From positions 192,001-256,000 of the forward strand of contig JBHLMN010000001.1 of the NCBI GenBank assembly GCA_048938105.1: a stretch of 64,000 bases of DNA, given 5' to 3'. Every line of letters begins with the position of its first letter. The stretch's first letter is position 1. The stretch comes from Promethearchaeota archaeon (lineage in GTDB: Archaea; Asgardarchaeota; Heimdallarchaeia; Hodarchaeales; Hodarchaeaceae). Of the stretch, positions 50,367 through 60,410 are shown piece by piece. A program made the translations under genes and the position numbers. A model generated the notes under the pieces. The model did no database searches. It saw only the letters and a list, made by a program, of their open reading frames with translations, and had not been told where the DNA came from.

Positions 50367-51492
50367 GTTTCTTAACAGAAGCTATCTTATATACTTGCGG
50401 TGAGAGCCACTCTAAATTAATGTAGCGAGGGTATACTGGAAGTCTCTCCTGCAATTGATACCCACCTTTTCGTGTAATCCGCTCTAGTTGAAAAAACGAA
50501 GGCCAATTATGATCTGGATTTATGAAATCAACAGACATAGAAGAAATTCCTCCCCAATCAGACATTCCTGATCCTATAAAACGATGTTCATGACTTTTCA
50601 CAAGATTTGGGGGGATTTGAATCGAAATTTCTGACGGGAGGATATGACGTGCAATGATGAGGATTTTTTCCATCAAATCTATTGATGGGGGAGGAAAGTT
50701 CGCCATAACACTATCTTTATGAGGTTGAAAATTCTGAATAATCACTTCCTGAAGGTGTCGATACTTCTGATGAACCTTTTTCAAAGCAAATAAACTTCTT
50801 ATTATTTCTTCTTGAGTTTCACCAATTCCAATTAAAATCCCACTTGTAAATGGGATTTTCAGTTTTCCTGCATTTTTAATGGTTGACATCCTTTTTTTGG
50901 GGTGTTTATCAGGAGAATGTTCATGGGGGAAACCCCTATGTGTCAATCTTGAACTTATTGTTTCAAGCATCAGCCCTATACTGGCTGATACCTCATGTAA
51001 ATATCTAAGTTCATCAAAAGCCAATGTTCCACTATTTATATGGGGTAATAACTCGTATTTCAAAGCTTTTTCAGCGATGAAGTAGGTATATTCTACTGTT
51101 GTATCAAATCCATGATTAGACAGCCATTTCCTTGCAGAAAAATATTTTTTCTCAGGTTTATCTCCATTTGTAATGAGTACTTCGGACACCTTATGATCTC
51201 TAGCAGCGGATAGAATCTTCTCTATCTTTTCTAATGTTAAGAATTCTTGGCCTAGAGGAACCTTAGAGCGACGAAATCCACAATAATGACATGTATTCCG
51301 ACAAAGAAACGTCAAAGGAATGAAGACATTATTCGAGAATGTAATTTTGTTTTGATAAACACTTGAAGCAATAGATCTTGCAGATTGTTTCCAAAGATTT
51401 ATTTCATCTGGATTATTTTGATGTAAAAATTCTAGTGCATGGTCAATAGTTATTGATTCAGGAGGACTAAGTGAGGAAGAATTGTGTACCAA
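50344..51492 (-). CDS. cofG: FO synthase subunit 1 (radical SAM)
   Basis: FIPLT..CRN.C.YC.F, LPH.N.G, S.GLMLE, PDK.P, PFT.GILIGIGE, EVIIQNF, Q.PPNL, DWGG.S, NP...WP. Confidence 0.93.
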   Translation of the reverse strand: MVHNSSSLSPPESITIDHALEFLHQNNPDEINLWKQSARSIASSVYQNKITFSNNVFIPLTFLCRNTCHYCGFRRSKVPLGQEFLTLEKIEKILSAARDHKVSEVLITNGDKPEKKYFSARKWLSNHGFDTTVEYTYFIAEKALKYELLPHINSGTLAFDELRYLHEVSASIGLMLETISSRLTHRGFPHEHSPDKHPKKRMSTIKNAGKLKIPFTSGILIGIGETQEEIIRSLFALKKVHQKYRHLQEVIIQNFQPHKDSVMANFPPPSIDLMEKILIIARHILPSEISIQIPPNLVKSHEHRFIGSGMSDWGGISSMSVDFINPDHNWPSFFQLERITRKGGYQLQERLPVYPRYINLEWLSPQVYKIASVKKLETRMVK

Positions 51493-51644
51493 AACAATGC
51501 CTCTACTTGTTAAGATGAAATTGGGCTATTAAAACAGATATACTAATTTTATTTCAATTTTATTGTTTTAATTTACTACATTCAAATATTGCTTCAATTA
51601 CATAGACGAATTTACTCTCATTTACATTGTGGGAATCATCATTC

Positions 51645-52247
51645 TCATTTGAGTCTGTCAAAAATGTAGATACCAGCAGAAATCAGTCCTTTTCTATGAA
51701 AAATAGGAGCTCCAAAAATAGGATAGTTGATTGTGAACACTTTACATGAATATTTCAATCCCTTGAATATACATATTTCAGATGGGTAGAATTCATAGTA
51801 ATGACCTTGAAAAATGAAATTATCAACCCCACGTAACATTCGACGAAGAAAATTAAAAATTGGACGAATAAAACGATTTTTCGTTGTTGGTACAATAATG
51901 ATAACCCGACGGTTTGCTGTTCTTAACATATCCTTAATAACTGCTGAATAATTTTTGATATGTTCAATGACATCAAAAGATACAACATATTCAATTGATT
52001 GATCTGCAAACGGAATATGCGATGCACTAGCTTTGATTGCATTCTTTCGTCGCCCAGGATGGATATCAATTCCAATTACTTCTTTATATTTCTGCTTTAA
52101 ACGATTATGGCAATAAAGGTGACCTGTAACATCAATATCTCCGCAGCCGACATCTAATACACGGCCTGATCCTTTAGGAATAAGCTGTTCAACAATATCC
52201 ATTTTATTCATGCAATATCGGAGATAAATATCAGGAATATAACTCAC
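51645..52247 (-). CDS. Class I SAM-dependent methyltransferase
   Basis: VLDVGCG, GIDI, IPF.D, DVIEH. Confidence 0.85.
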   Translation of the reverse strand: MSYIPDIYLRYCMNKMDIVEQLIPKGSGRVLDVGCGDIDVTGHLYCHNRLKQKYKEVIGIDIHPGRRKNAIKASASHIPFADQSIEYVVSFDVIEHIKNYSAVIKDMLRTANRRVIIIVPTTKNRFIRPIFNFLRRMLRGVDNFIFQGHYYEFYPSEICIFKGLKYSCKVFTINYPIFGAPIFHRKGLISAGIYIFDRLK

Positions 52248-52519
52248 CTTTTTTAGATTCAGTATAGGATTATTACGAACAAACAGAGTTTAATAATTGT
52301 CGGATTTAGTTCATAAAGAAGAAGTCTAATTGAGATATTGTCTGATTTAAGCCTCTGAAAAGTAATAAAGTCATCGTCATTGAAGTTTATTGCAGTTTAA
52401 AGATGATGATAAAAAAAGTTATTTGTAAAGGGACATTGAAATTTCTATCAAATGATTACCACAAACAGCGGTAGTTATAATTGATATAGTCTCAATATAA
52501 TTAAAAGAAGGAGGTAATC

Positions 52520-53851
52520 ATGTCCCTACCAGACTGGTTCATTTTACAATCTCCGCCTGACCTCGATATTGATGTCAATCAGTGGAAGCAATTAGCATGG
52601 GATCGAGTCAAACTTCTCGAACAATTACCCCAAAATCCTTCGCAAATTATGCGAGATCGTTTCCCAATATATGATGATGCATTGAACCAGATATACAATG
52701 ATTACCGTTTAGGGGCATATTTACTTCGGTTAGTAGCTGCCACTAATCGCCGTTTAGAAGCATGGTTTATAGAGGCAGAGGGAGATTTATTTGAACGATT
52801 ATATTTTGATCGGACATCGTCGGAAGACAAACGAGCCATTTTCAAGTATTTATTCGGTTCAGAGAATGTTATGGAATATGAAGAGTATAAGTACAAAATG
52901 GATGAAAAACGAAATGAAAATTTAGCAGAGCTATATAATCAATATCATTCATCCCGAGGAAGAACAACAAGTGACTTCTTAATATGTGTTCATTTTTCAC
53001 AGATCCCGTGGATGGTTTCGAATCGTAGAGGTTATCTTCGTAAGGGATGGGTCATCTCAAACGAGGTTTCTTATCGGGGAAGCCTTAAAAAAGCCTTTGA
53101 AAAAAAGCTTCAAAATAAAATTGAAGAAGCTCAAGATTTACTAGGAGTCAACGAGAATATAGACCAAATAGTTCAGGAAATTGAGCAAAAACTAGCTAAA
53201 CATACCCAAATTCGTTCACAATTTTCCTCTACTGAATTTGAAGGTAAAGATTTACAATCACATCCAGAAGTTTTCCCCCCGTGTATGATATTCTTATACT
53301 CTGAATTCGAGAAAACTGGTCGTTTGATACATACCCATCGGCTTCAATTAGGTTTTTTTCTGAAGAAAATAGGAATGTCTGTTGATGATCAATTGCATTA
53401 CTGGTTTGAAAAGTCTGTAGACAACCTGAATATAAGTTATGCGGAATTTCAACGAACAGCAGGATACCAAATACGTCATTTGTATGGACTGGAAGGTGGA
53501 AAAAAAGATTATGATGTTCCAAAGTGTTCTACCATAGCCACCAGTTACTTCTGTCCATTTGTTCACTTAGATCCAGGAATATTAATAGAATTTCTTAGTA
53601 ATAATTATCTAACACATAAGAAATCAGTAGCTCCTTCGAAAAAACAATTAGAAAAGATCGTTTCTACTAGTAGTCGTGACCCAACCTTAGCCTGCAAAGA
53701 CTACTTTCCTTTTATTTATAAAAAAAGCTTGTATAGGAAAATCGTTCATCCGTTACAATGGGCTAGGTATGCCAGTAAATTTGAAGGATTAATAGTAGAA
53801 CAGGATGAAACTAATTCTTCAATGATAATTGAGGCGGAAACAGATCAGTGA
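52520..53851 (+). CDS. priL: DNA primase large subunit
   Basis: FPPCM, H..RLQLG.FLK.IG, Y.IRH.YG.EG...DY..P.C, CPF (Fe-S domain). Confidence 0.9.
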   Translation: MSLPDWFILQSPPDLDIDVNQWKQLAWDRVKLLEQLPQNPSQIMRDRFPIYDDALNQIYNDYRLGAYLLRLVAATNRRLEAWFIEAEGDLFERLYFDRTSSEDKRAIFKYLFGSENVMEYEEYKYKMDEKRNENLAELYNQYHSSRGRTTSDFLICVHFSQIPWMVSNRRGYLRKGWVISNEVSYRGSLKKAFEKKLQNKIEEAQDLLGVNENIDQIVQEIEQKLAKHTQIRSQFSSTEFEGKDLQSHPEVFPPCMIFLYSEFEKTGRLIHTHRLQLGFFLKKIGMSVDDQLHYWFEKSVDNLNISYAEFQRTAGYQIRHLYGLEGGKKDYDVPKCSTIATSYFCPFVHLDPGILIEFLSNNYLTHKKSVAPSKKQLEKIVSTSSRDPTLACKDYFPFIYKKSLYRKIVHPLQWARYASKFEGLIVEQDETNSSMIIEAETDQ

Positions 53852-54831
53852 ATCGAACTAATCAAAGAACCACCCTTCGGGATTATTATTCTACAAATTT
53901 CAACATAGATGGGCTTGCATCGATTATTGACTTCTCAACTTTTTCAACCCGTGAATTCGGTTTCGCTACTCTTGGAGGGAAGTTTTTTCGAAACATTTCA
54001 TTTGAAAATCCTAAAGCATTGATTGACTTCTTGGTGGATCGAACGCCATATCATGCTTACGTTGGAGCTGTGTATAATGATCCACCTTCTCGGGAAACGC
54101 CTATTCATACCCTAGAATGGCTAGGGCATGAACTTGTCTTTGATATCGACCTGAATGAATATGATGCTGTACGTCAATATGTTTGTGAATGTCAAGGTGC
54201 TGATCAGGTGTGTTTGCGTTGTTGGCAATTAATAAATCTCGCAGTCTATATTATTGATGAAACATTACGACTGGATTTCGGGATGAAAGACATTAAATGG
54301 ATTTTTTCTGGGCGACGGGGAGTACATGGATGGGTTATTGATGATTCAACTTTTTCATTAGATCAAGAACAACGAATGTCTATAATAAATTACCTATCAG
54401 TTATCCACGGAGAAGCAGAGAAAGCTCGAATTCAGGATCGTACAAAATTACAATATGATTTTCGCTACCGAATTGAACACACTGTTTTTAAGTATTTCCT
54501 TGAGAATATCAGACGAAAAGACCTCATAGATCTGGGTTTCAGCTCTTCTGTTGCATCCAATATCATAAAGCAATTAGAACACCAAAACGGACAGATTGAT
54601 GAGAATTTATTAAGAAATTTCAATCTTCGGGTTGCAAAAATAAATAAATACGATGAAATCCTACGACGATGGGTACCACGCATAGATCACAAAGTTTCTA
54701 TCGATTTACGACGATTACTTCGATTACCCAACTCCATCCACGGGAAAACTGGTAAAGTGGCACGAATTTTAGATCCTAGTAAAATATTCTCCTTTAATCC
54801 TGATGAGGAACCTTCAATCTTCTCTAGTTAA
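53848..54831 (+). CDS. priS: DNA primase small (catalytic) subunit
   Basis: REFGF, ELVFDID, C.C.....C..CW, FSGRRG.H, RID..V, R.P.S.H.KTG. GTGA overlap with priL. Confidence 0.95.
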   Translation: MNRTNQRTTLRDYYSTNFNIDGLASIIDFSTFSTREFGFATLGGKFFRNISFENPKALIDFLVDRTPYHAYVGAVYNDPPSRETPIHTLEWLGHELVFDIDLNEYDAVRQYVCECQGADQVCLRCWQLINLAVYIIDETLRLDFGMKDIKWIFSGRRGVHGWVIDDSTFSLDQEQRMSIINYLSVIHGEAEKARIQDRTKLQYDFRYRIEHTVFKYFLENIRRKDLIDLGFSSSVASNIIKQLEHQNGQIDENLLRNFNLRVAKINKYDEILRRWVPRIDHKVSIDLRRLLRLPNSIHGKTGKVARILDPSKIFSFNPDEEPSIFSS

Positions 54832-54861
54832 AGCTTCGTATAAGAACTGCTTGCTATTGAC

Positions 54862-55491
54862 TCAAACAGATTTTTGGGCTGCAATACCAAGCCATCCTGG
54901 AGGATGACAAATTTTTCTGACGCGGAGCTCCTCGTTTTGAAAGAGTAGAATAAAATCTTTGAGAAGGAGGGGATTTTCGTAACCAAATATCCATTGTTTT
55001 GTCCGTTCTAAATACCATCTATTTAAACGGTACAAAATGTCTGGAGTTGGCACCCAGCAGACTAACCATCCCCCTGGCCTAACACACTTGGCATGATTAT
55101 GAAACGCGACTCGTTGAACAGACTTTCTAAAATGTTCGAGCAAACCATGTGAATGTACAAAATCAAATTGCCGATTAATTGACAAGTTCAATACATCTTG
55201 TTGGATCAATTTCGGAGATATCTTGGCTTCTCTAAAAAGCTTATTTGCAATAGCCAAGGCAAGTTTTGAAGTGTCAACTAAAGTTGGACTTAGCTTGTAT
55301 TTTTTAGCAAGACGAAGAGAATTTTGGCCTGAAGAAGATCCTATCTCTAATAAGGTTCCTTGAGGTATTTTCAATCCATGTAACAAATAGAGATAATTTC
55401 GCCACACAGTGAAGAAATAATGAGCTCGTATGATAGCAGATGATGTATTTTTAGCATAAGAATCCCAATCTGCAGAAGTAAGTGGCATCAT
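54862..55491 (-). CDS. Class I SAM-dependent methyltransferase
   Basis: LEIGSSSG, FDFVHSHGLLEHF, RPGG. Confidence 0.85.
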   Translation of the reverse strand: MMPLTSADWDSYAKNTSSAIIRAHYFFTVWRNYLYLLHGLKIPQGTLLEIGSSSGQNSLRLAKKYKLSPTLVDTSKLALAIANKLFREAKISPKLIQQDVLNLSINRQFDFVHSHGLLEHFRKSVQRVAFHNHAKCVRPGGWLVCWVPTPDILYRLNRWYLERTKQWIFGYENPLLLKDFILLFQNEELRVRKICHPPGWLGIAAQKSV

Positions 55492-55544
55492 TATTTCACT
55501 TTAATGATAGAAAGTATTAGTAATTGAGAATAATGTTCAAGTCA

Positions 55545-55705
55545 AATACTAGGTTATCGCTCCTGTTCAAAATGTTAAAGATTATTAACACTCTTGACAC
55601 AAAATTGTTTGTACGAAGTTTGGAATAAATCCCTTATTCGGGCAGGCTGAAACCATAAACAGCCCCTATTGACTAGGTTTTTAATAAAACCATCGCCAAT
55701 TACTT
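55545..55705 (-). ncRNA. Predicted TnpB omega-RNA/reRNA (scaffold plus flanking guide)
   Basis: Four consecutive stem-loops overlap the tnpB 3' end (55676-55691, 55645-55664, 55623-55639, 55573-55590), the established location of TnpB guide RNAs. Confidence 0.6.
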
Positions 55706-56888
55706 TTCTTAAGATATTTAATGCCCCATTCACATCCGCATTAATCAAATAATTCACGCTTTGAAATAACCCACGATTACGACGCGTCCCGAGATAATGC
55801 TTATGTTTGTTAATGCGTTCTAAATCTAACGCACTACATTTAGAGGTATAAGCTTCATTAACCTCATAGACCTTAATACCAACTAAATCAGCTTTGTATT
55901 TGAGCATTTGTTTGAGTCGATAGAATGGAATAGTAACGAAATTTTGGTTTGTTTTTTTACCTAATTGGATACCGTCCTTGATATCCTTTAATTCCCCCAG
56001 ACAAATGTTGCCTATCTTGTAATGCAAACAATAGTCAATGATAAACCGACTAGTTTTATGCAGATAGTCTGTAATAGTCATGTTGCGATTCCTGGTAATC
56101 TCCTCTAATTTGGCTGTGAATTGCTTGTGTTTTTGTTTGTCTTTAATCGAAGTCAATTGAGCTTTCTGTTTATTCCAACCTTGATTGATGGATTTGAGGA
56201 TACTCCCTGAAATGATGATTGGGGTTTTGTTTTGGTTTTCTACCATTGTAATCAGATTGTTTAATCCAAAATCAATCCCCAGATAAGCACGAGTGTCTAA
56301 AGCGGAATTAACACCAGTAACTTTGTAAATCACTTCAATCTCAAAATATTTTTTCCGAGGCAAAACTCTGATCTGCTGATAATCAACAAAATTGATTGTT
56401 CTTGTGTGATGTTTGGGAATAGGAATTGTGATAGGCTCTTTCAAGTCAGGATATTTGGCTTGGAAGGTTTTCGACATAGTTAAGATGATTTTGCTTTTAT
56501 TGGTGTCGATTTTACTATTTTGATTAGTAAAGATAAGTAAAAAAGGTTCTGCTTTGGGTTTATAACGGGGGGGATTCGGTTTCCCCCGATACTTATCAGG
56601 ATTGTGGTTCCAGTCTCTGATCGCTTTGAAATAGGAACTCCAATTCTTATCAATCACTTTCAAGAGTTGTTGAGCCGTCTGTGCCTTTAATAACCGGTAA
56701 TGAATGGAATCAGCCTTCAAAAGCCTGTTCAGCTCTAAATACCTCAACCATTTCTTTGTTAGTTGGAGCTCTTGGTTGATTAAATAATTGGCTTGATTAT
56801 AAAGATTCTTGGAAGTATAGCATAGCTGTCTTAACTGGTCTAAGTGGGGATATCGGGGATAATAGCGAAATTTATAGGTTAATCTCAT
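55575..56888 (-). CDS. tnpB: RNA-guided endonuclease TnpB (IS607-associated)
   Basis: SKNLYN, RuvC-I GIDFGLNNL, DYLHK.SR, L.YKA...GI.V..VNEAYTSKCS, RuvC-III INADVNGALNI. Confidence 0.95.
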   Translation of the reverse strand: MRLTYKFRYYPRYPHLDQLRQLCYTSKNLYNQANYLINQELQLTKKWLRYLELNRLLKADSIHYRLLKAQTAQQLLKVIDKNWSSYFKAIRDWNHNPDKYRGKPNPPRYKPKAEPFLLIFTNQNSKIDTNKSKIILTMSKTFQAKYPDLKEPITIPIPKHHTRTINFVDYQQIRVLPRKKYFEIEVIYKVTGVNSALDTRAYLGIDFGLNNLITMVENQNKTPIIISGSILKSINQGWNKQKAQLTSIKDKQKHKQFTAKLEEITRNRNMTITDYLHKTSRFIIDYCLHYKIGNICLGELKDIKDGIQLGKKTNQNFVTIPFYRLKQMLKYKADLVGIKVYEVNEAYTSKCSALDLERINKHKHYLGTRRNRGLFQSVNYLINADVNGALNILRKVIGDGFIKNLVNRGCLWFQPARIRDLFQTSYKQFCVKSVNNL

Positions 56889-57474
56889 TTTGAAATTCCT
56901 TGATCCTTTTTTTGGTAAAGTTTTTTCTTCTTGTTGAATACATTGACATCGTATAGCAGTGTAATAACGAAATTATTTCCTGAAAGATTTCCTGCTCTGT
57001 GGAAACTGATTCTAACTCATTCAACACAATTAATTCTGCACCAAATTCATGAAAAAAGGCATTAAACAATTCGAACCCAATTCTACTTAGTCTATCTTTA
57101 TGGGAGATGATGATTTTCTCAATTTTATAGTTGATCAGTTCTCTTAATAAGCTCATTAACTTCTCCCGTTTGAATCGCATGCCTGAGGCAATATCCTCAT
57201 AGATAGCATTTAAGACTATCCCATTTTGAAAGCAATAGTTTTTAATGAATTGAACTTGATTTTCTAAATCAGGTTTTTGTTTTTTGGTAGACACTCTGGC
57301 ATATGCAACCGTTTTTCGAGGTAAATCTTTGTTTAGAAACTTATAGACTGATTTTTCATTATAATCATACCTTCCATTTGGTAGAGTAGTTACTTCAATT
57401 GTGCCTTCTTTCACATACTTTGAGAGAGTCACCCTTGAGATTCTGAGTAAGTTTAACACTTCTTTTGCTTTCAT
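56872..57474 (-). CDS. tnpA: IS607 serine recombinase TnpA
   Basis: N-terminal HTH (MKAKEV..LL.ISR.TL), YARVST, D..SG, DRLSR.GF. Confidence 0.95.
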   Translation of the reverse strand: MKAKEVLNLLRISRVTLSKYVKEGTIEVTTLPNGRYDYNEKSVYKFLNKDLPRKTVAYARVSTKKQKPDLENQVQFIKNYCFQNGIVLNAIYEDIASGMRFKREKLMSLLRELINYKIEKIIISHKDRLSRIGFELFNAFFHEFGAELIVLNELESVSTEQEIFQEIISLLHCYTMSMYSTRRKNFTKKRIKEFQNEINL

Positions 57475-57611
57475 GATTATTACTATTCTGAAGTAATACA
57501 TAAATTTTGTTAAATTAATTTAATATTCTTAATTATTTTCTACATTATAAATACTATATTTCTTTCATTGATAAATAATTAAAATCATATTTATGAGTAA
57601 CGGGATAAGAT

Positions 57612-58238
57612 ATGAGATCATTACTATTGACTGGTTTTGAACCTTTTGGGGGATATAACGTCAATCCTTCTGACATAATTGCACAAGAATTGAATGATAC
57701 AACAATTTCACATATTAAAATAATTGGAAAAACGATTCCATTAAGATTTGCTGAAATAAAATCCGCAATTACTCAAGTAATAGACGAAACAAACCCCGAA
57801 ATTATAATCAATACTGGACAAGCTTCACGTCCTTCGATTTCCATTGAACGAGTCGCCATTAATCTAGCAGATGCTTCAAAAGTAGCGTATAATTGTGGTA
57901 CAAAACCGAATGAAAAAACATTGGTAGAAGGAGGGCCAGTGGCATATTTTAGTACTCTACCTATCAAATATATAGAAAAATATCTGAAGAAAAACGATAT
58001 TCCATGCTACATTTCGAATTCGGCGGGAACTTTTGGTTGTAACCAAGTTATGTATCACACCTTGAATTATCTAGATTCATCTTTCCGGTATAATTCGGTT
58101 TTAGCAGGGTTTATTCACTTTCCACTCCTGCCAGAACAGATAGTTAACTCTCCTCAGTCCTCTTCAATGAGTTTGGATGTTATGAGAAAAGCAATTACCT
58201 TGGTTATCAAATGCTTAAAAAATTATGAAAAGAGTTGA
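57612..58238 (+). CDS. pcp: Pyroglutamyl-peptidase I
   Basis: LTGFEPFGG..VNPS, GQA, ERVAIN, AYFSTLP, SAGTF.CN, GFIH.P. Confidence 0.95.
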   Translation: MRSLLLTGFEPFGGYNVNPSDIIAQELNDTTISHIKIIGKTIPLRFAEIKSAITQVIDETNPEIIINTGQASRPSISIERVAINLADASKVAYNCGTKPNEKTLVEGGPVAYFSTLPIKYIEKYLKKNDIPCYISNSAGTFGCNQVMYHTLNYLDSSFRYNSVLAGFIHFPLLPEQIVNSPQSSSMSLDVMRKAITLVIKCLKNYEKS

Positions 58239-58250
58239 AGTAACTGAATG

Positions 58251-59369
58251 TTAAGAGCTGCTAGTAATACTCTGATAAGCCTTATATATAGATTGGGCAA
58301 GATCTTCAGATGTAGTGCCAGGACTTTCGCAGTTATTTCTGTTTAAAAATGATTTTATATACAATCCGAGATCTACTTTGTTCAGATTGACATTACGTAG
58401 ATGTTGTTCCAATTGGGGAAGAATAAAGTCAGGATAAATCCAGAAGTCACCGCTTATAAGAATGTCAACGAGAACTGCCTCCTGAAACTCACAAATCACC
58501 TGTATTAAGCCACCAGTTGACTTGTGTGTTCCTTCTACCACATAATTTGACGCACGAATCTTGACTTTATGAATTAAGTTTTTTCCTCTACGAGCTACTT
58601 GGAATCTCCATTCATCGGTCAGATAGGTAGTTCTCAGTTGTTGCATTAATTCAAGGGTCTCTGGTTCGAGTGTGGTTGGTGTAAGAGAAATATCCAAGAT
58701 TGATTCAAGATTATGTGTATATACTTCAATTATCTCATTTCGATTTGGAATATACCCAAGTTCGTCCTGAAAGGAAGTTATTCCTGCTTCTAAAGATTTA
58801 TAGACCTTATCACGGAATTTCTCGCTTGGTACTCGCAATATTTGAGTCATACCTCTGCGAGGAAAATCTAAAATGAAATTCCCAACTAAAACTTGTGCAC
58901 TCTCGAGAAGTGCAGCTCCATTTCCTGAAATTTTACGTCCTCTAACCAGGATATCATTAATCGGATGATAATTTGCCTCAATATTGAAATGACGGTATGT
59001 CTTAACAACAGGTTCAAGAAGGCTCGAATATAAAGCATTAATCCGCCGTGGAACTTTTTTTGAGTTTATATGAGCTATAACATTGTAAAATAACTGGTTT
59101 GAGTCCAGTAAAACTGCTCCTCCACCACATACTCGCCGAACGACTGGAATATTGTTTGATTCACAGAATTTCATGTCTACAACTTGGTTTAAGGATTGAT
59201 GGAGTCCACAACAGACAATTGGATCTTTTGGCCAATCAATAATCACAAGGTCGTGTTCTTGAATCCCCCTACTCCTTGTTAGGGTGGCAGCATGCCATAT
59301 CGTCTGAGTATTGATGCTATCATTTTCTCCAATGAAAATAAGATCCCATTCATTGTTTTGAGTAGACAT
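58251..59369 (-). CDS. lplA: Lipoate-protein ligase A family
   Basis: VVRR..GGGAV, NDI...GRKISGNG, C-terminal K..GGLI and ISGDF domain. Confidence 0.85.
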   Translation of the reverse strand: MSTQNNEWDLIFIGENDSINTQTIWHAATLTRSRGIQEHDLVIIDWPKDPIVCCGLHQSLNQVVDMKFCESNNIPVVRRVCGGGAVLLDSNQLFYNVIAHINSKKVPRRINALYSSLLEPVVKTYRHFNIEANYHPINDILVRGRKISGNGAALLESAQVLVGNFILDFPRRGMTQILRVPSEKFRDKVYKSLEAGITSFQDELGYIPNRNEIIEVYTHNLESILDISLTPTTLEPETLELMQQLRTTYLTDEWRFQVARRGKNLIHKVKIRASNYVVEGTHKSTGGLIQVICEFQEAVLVDILISGDFWIYPDFILPQLEQHLRNVNLNKVDLGLYIKSFLNRNNCESPGTTSEDLAQSIYKAYQSITSSS

Positions 59370-59477
59370 AACTATTCATTGACTGCAATAATTTATGGAC
59401 TATTATTAAAATAATGGCATTGAATACGCAAAAAAAAGGTAATATAATGTCTTATTTTCAGTCAAGGAGATAACAGA

Positions 59478-60410
59478 TTGCACTCCTCTAGAGTTGTTTT
59501 TTTGTCAGGGGGTACTGGAACACCAAAACTATTACAGGGTGCGGTAGAGGTAATTGATGCCGATGATATTGCAGTAATTGGAAACACTGGGGATGACTGG
59601 GATTTCTACGGGTTACATGTATCACCTGACATCGATAGTATATTATTTACATTAGCAAATCTTATAGATACAAAGAAATGGTGGGGAATAAAGGATGATA
59701 CTTTCAAATTAATTTTCTTTTTGAAAGAACGATTAAAAGAAGAAATCTGGTTCAATCTTGGCGATTTCGACGCAGGACTTTGTTTATTGAGAACTCATCT
59801 ATTAAGAAAAGGAAAAAGCCTAACAGAGGCAATAGAAATTATTAGGAAACGATTAGATATTCAATCTTCTGTACTACCAATGGCAGATCAAACTATTCAA
59901 ACAAAAGTTCGTATATCAAACAAAACAATACATCTACAGGAGTTTTGGGTTAAATATAAGGGAAAATTAGATGTAAAAAATGTTTTTTTTGAAGGAGACC
60001 TGAGAAAAACAACCAATCAGGTTTTAGATGCCATTAAGCAAGCTAGTACTATTATAATAGGTCCAAGTAATCCTGTTTCCTCGATTGGTCCAATCTTGGC
60101 AATACAACCTTTACGTGAAGCTTTACAAAACGCTTCTGGATACCGAGTCGCTATAAGTCCAATTATCGGAACAAATCCGGTTTCTGGTCCAACATCATCT
60201 TTTTTAAGAGCTTGGGGATATAATATTTCCCCTGTAGTAATTGCAGAACTATTTCATGATGTTTTAGATGTCTTAATGATTCATGATACTGATAAACAAT
60301 ATTTAAATGATATTAAAAAGAAGGATCTCACTCCACTTTTAGAAGACATTTATATTCATTCTAAGAGTGATGCTGTACGATTATTTAAGCGAATAATGGA
60401 TCGTAAATGA
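59478..60410 (+). CDS. cofD: 2-phospho-L-lactate transferase
   Basis: LSGGTGTPKL, NTGDD, SPDID, WWG..DTF, LGD.D, H.QEFWV, IGPSNP..SIGPIL, SPIIG..PVSGP. Confidence 0.95.
   Translation: MHSSRVVFLSGGTGTPKLLQGAVEVIDADDIAVIGNTGDDWDFYGLHVSPDIDSILFTLANLIDTKKWWGIKDDTFKLIFFLKERLKEEIWFNLGDFDAGLCLLRTHLLRKGKSLTEAIEIIRKRLDIQSSVLPMADQTIQTKVRISNKTIHLQEFWVKYKGKLDVKNVFFEGDLRKTTNQVLDAIKQASTIIIGPSNPVSSIGPILAIQPLREALQNASGYRVAISPIIGTNPVSGPTSSFLRAWGYNISPVVIAELFHDVLDVLMIHDTDKQYLNDIKKKDLTPLLEDIYIHSKSDAVRLFKRIMDRK

Larger units (their letters stand above)
55563..57541 (-). mobile_element. IS607-family insertion sequence (tnpA + tnpB), ends approximate
   Basis: Overlapping tnpA-tnpB genes and a hairpin-rich right end ending ...TTGAACAG(G). 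The left end is AT-rich. No terminal inverted repeats. Confidence 0.88.

Noticed and set aside
55500-57611. IStron (group I intron fused to IS607)
   Set aside because: Only about 140 AT-rich bases separate tnpA from pcp, leaving no room for an intron core, and the insertion is intergenic.
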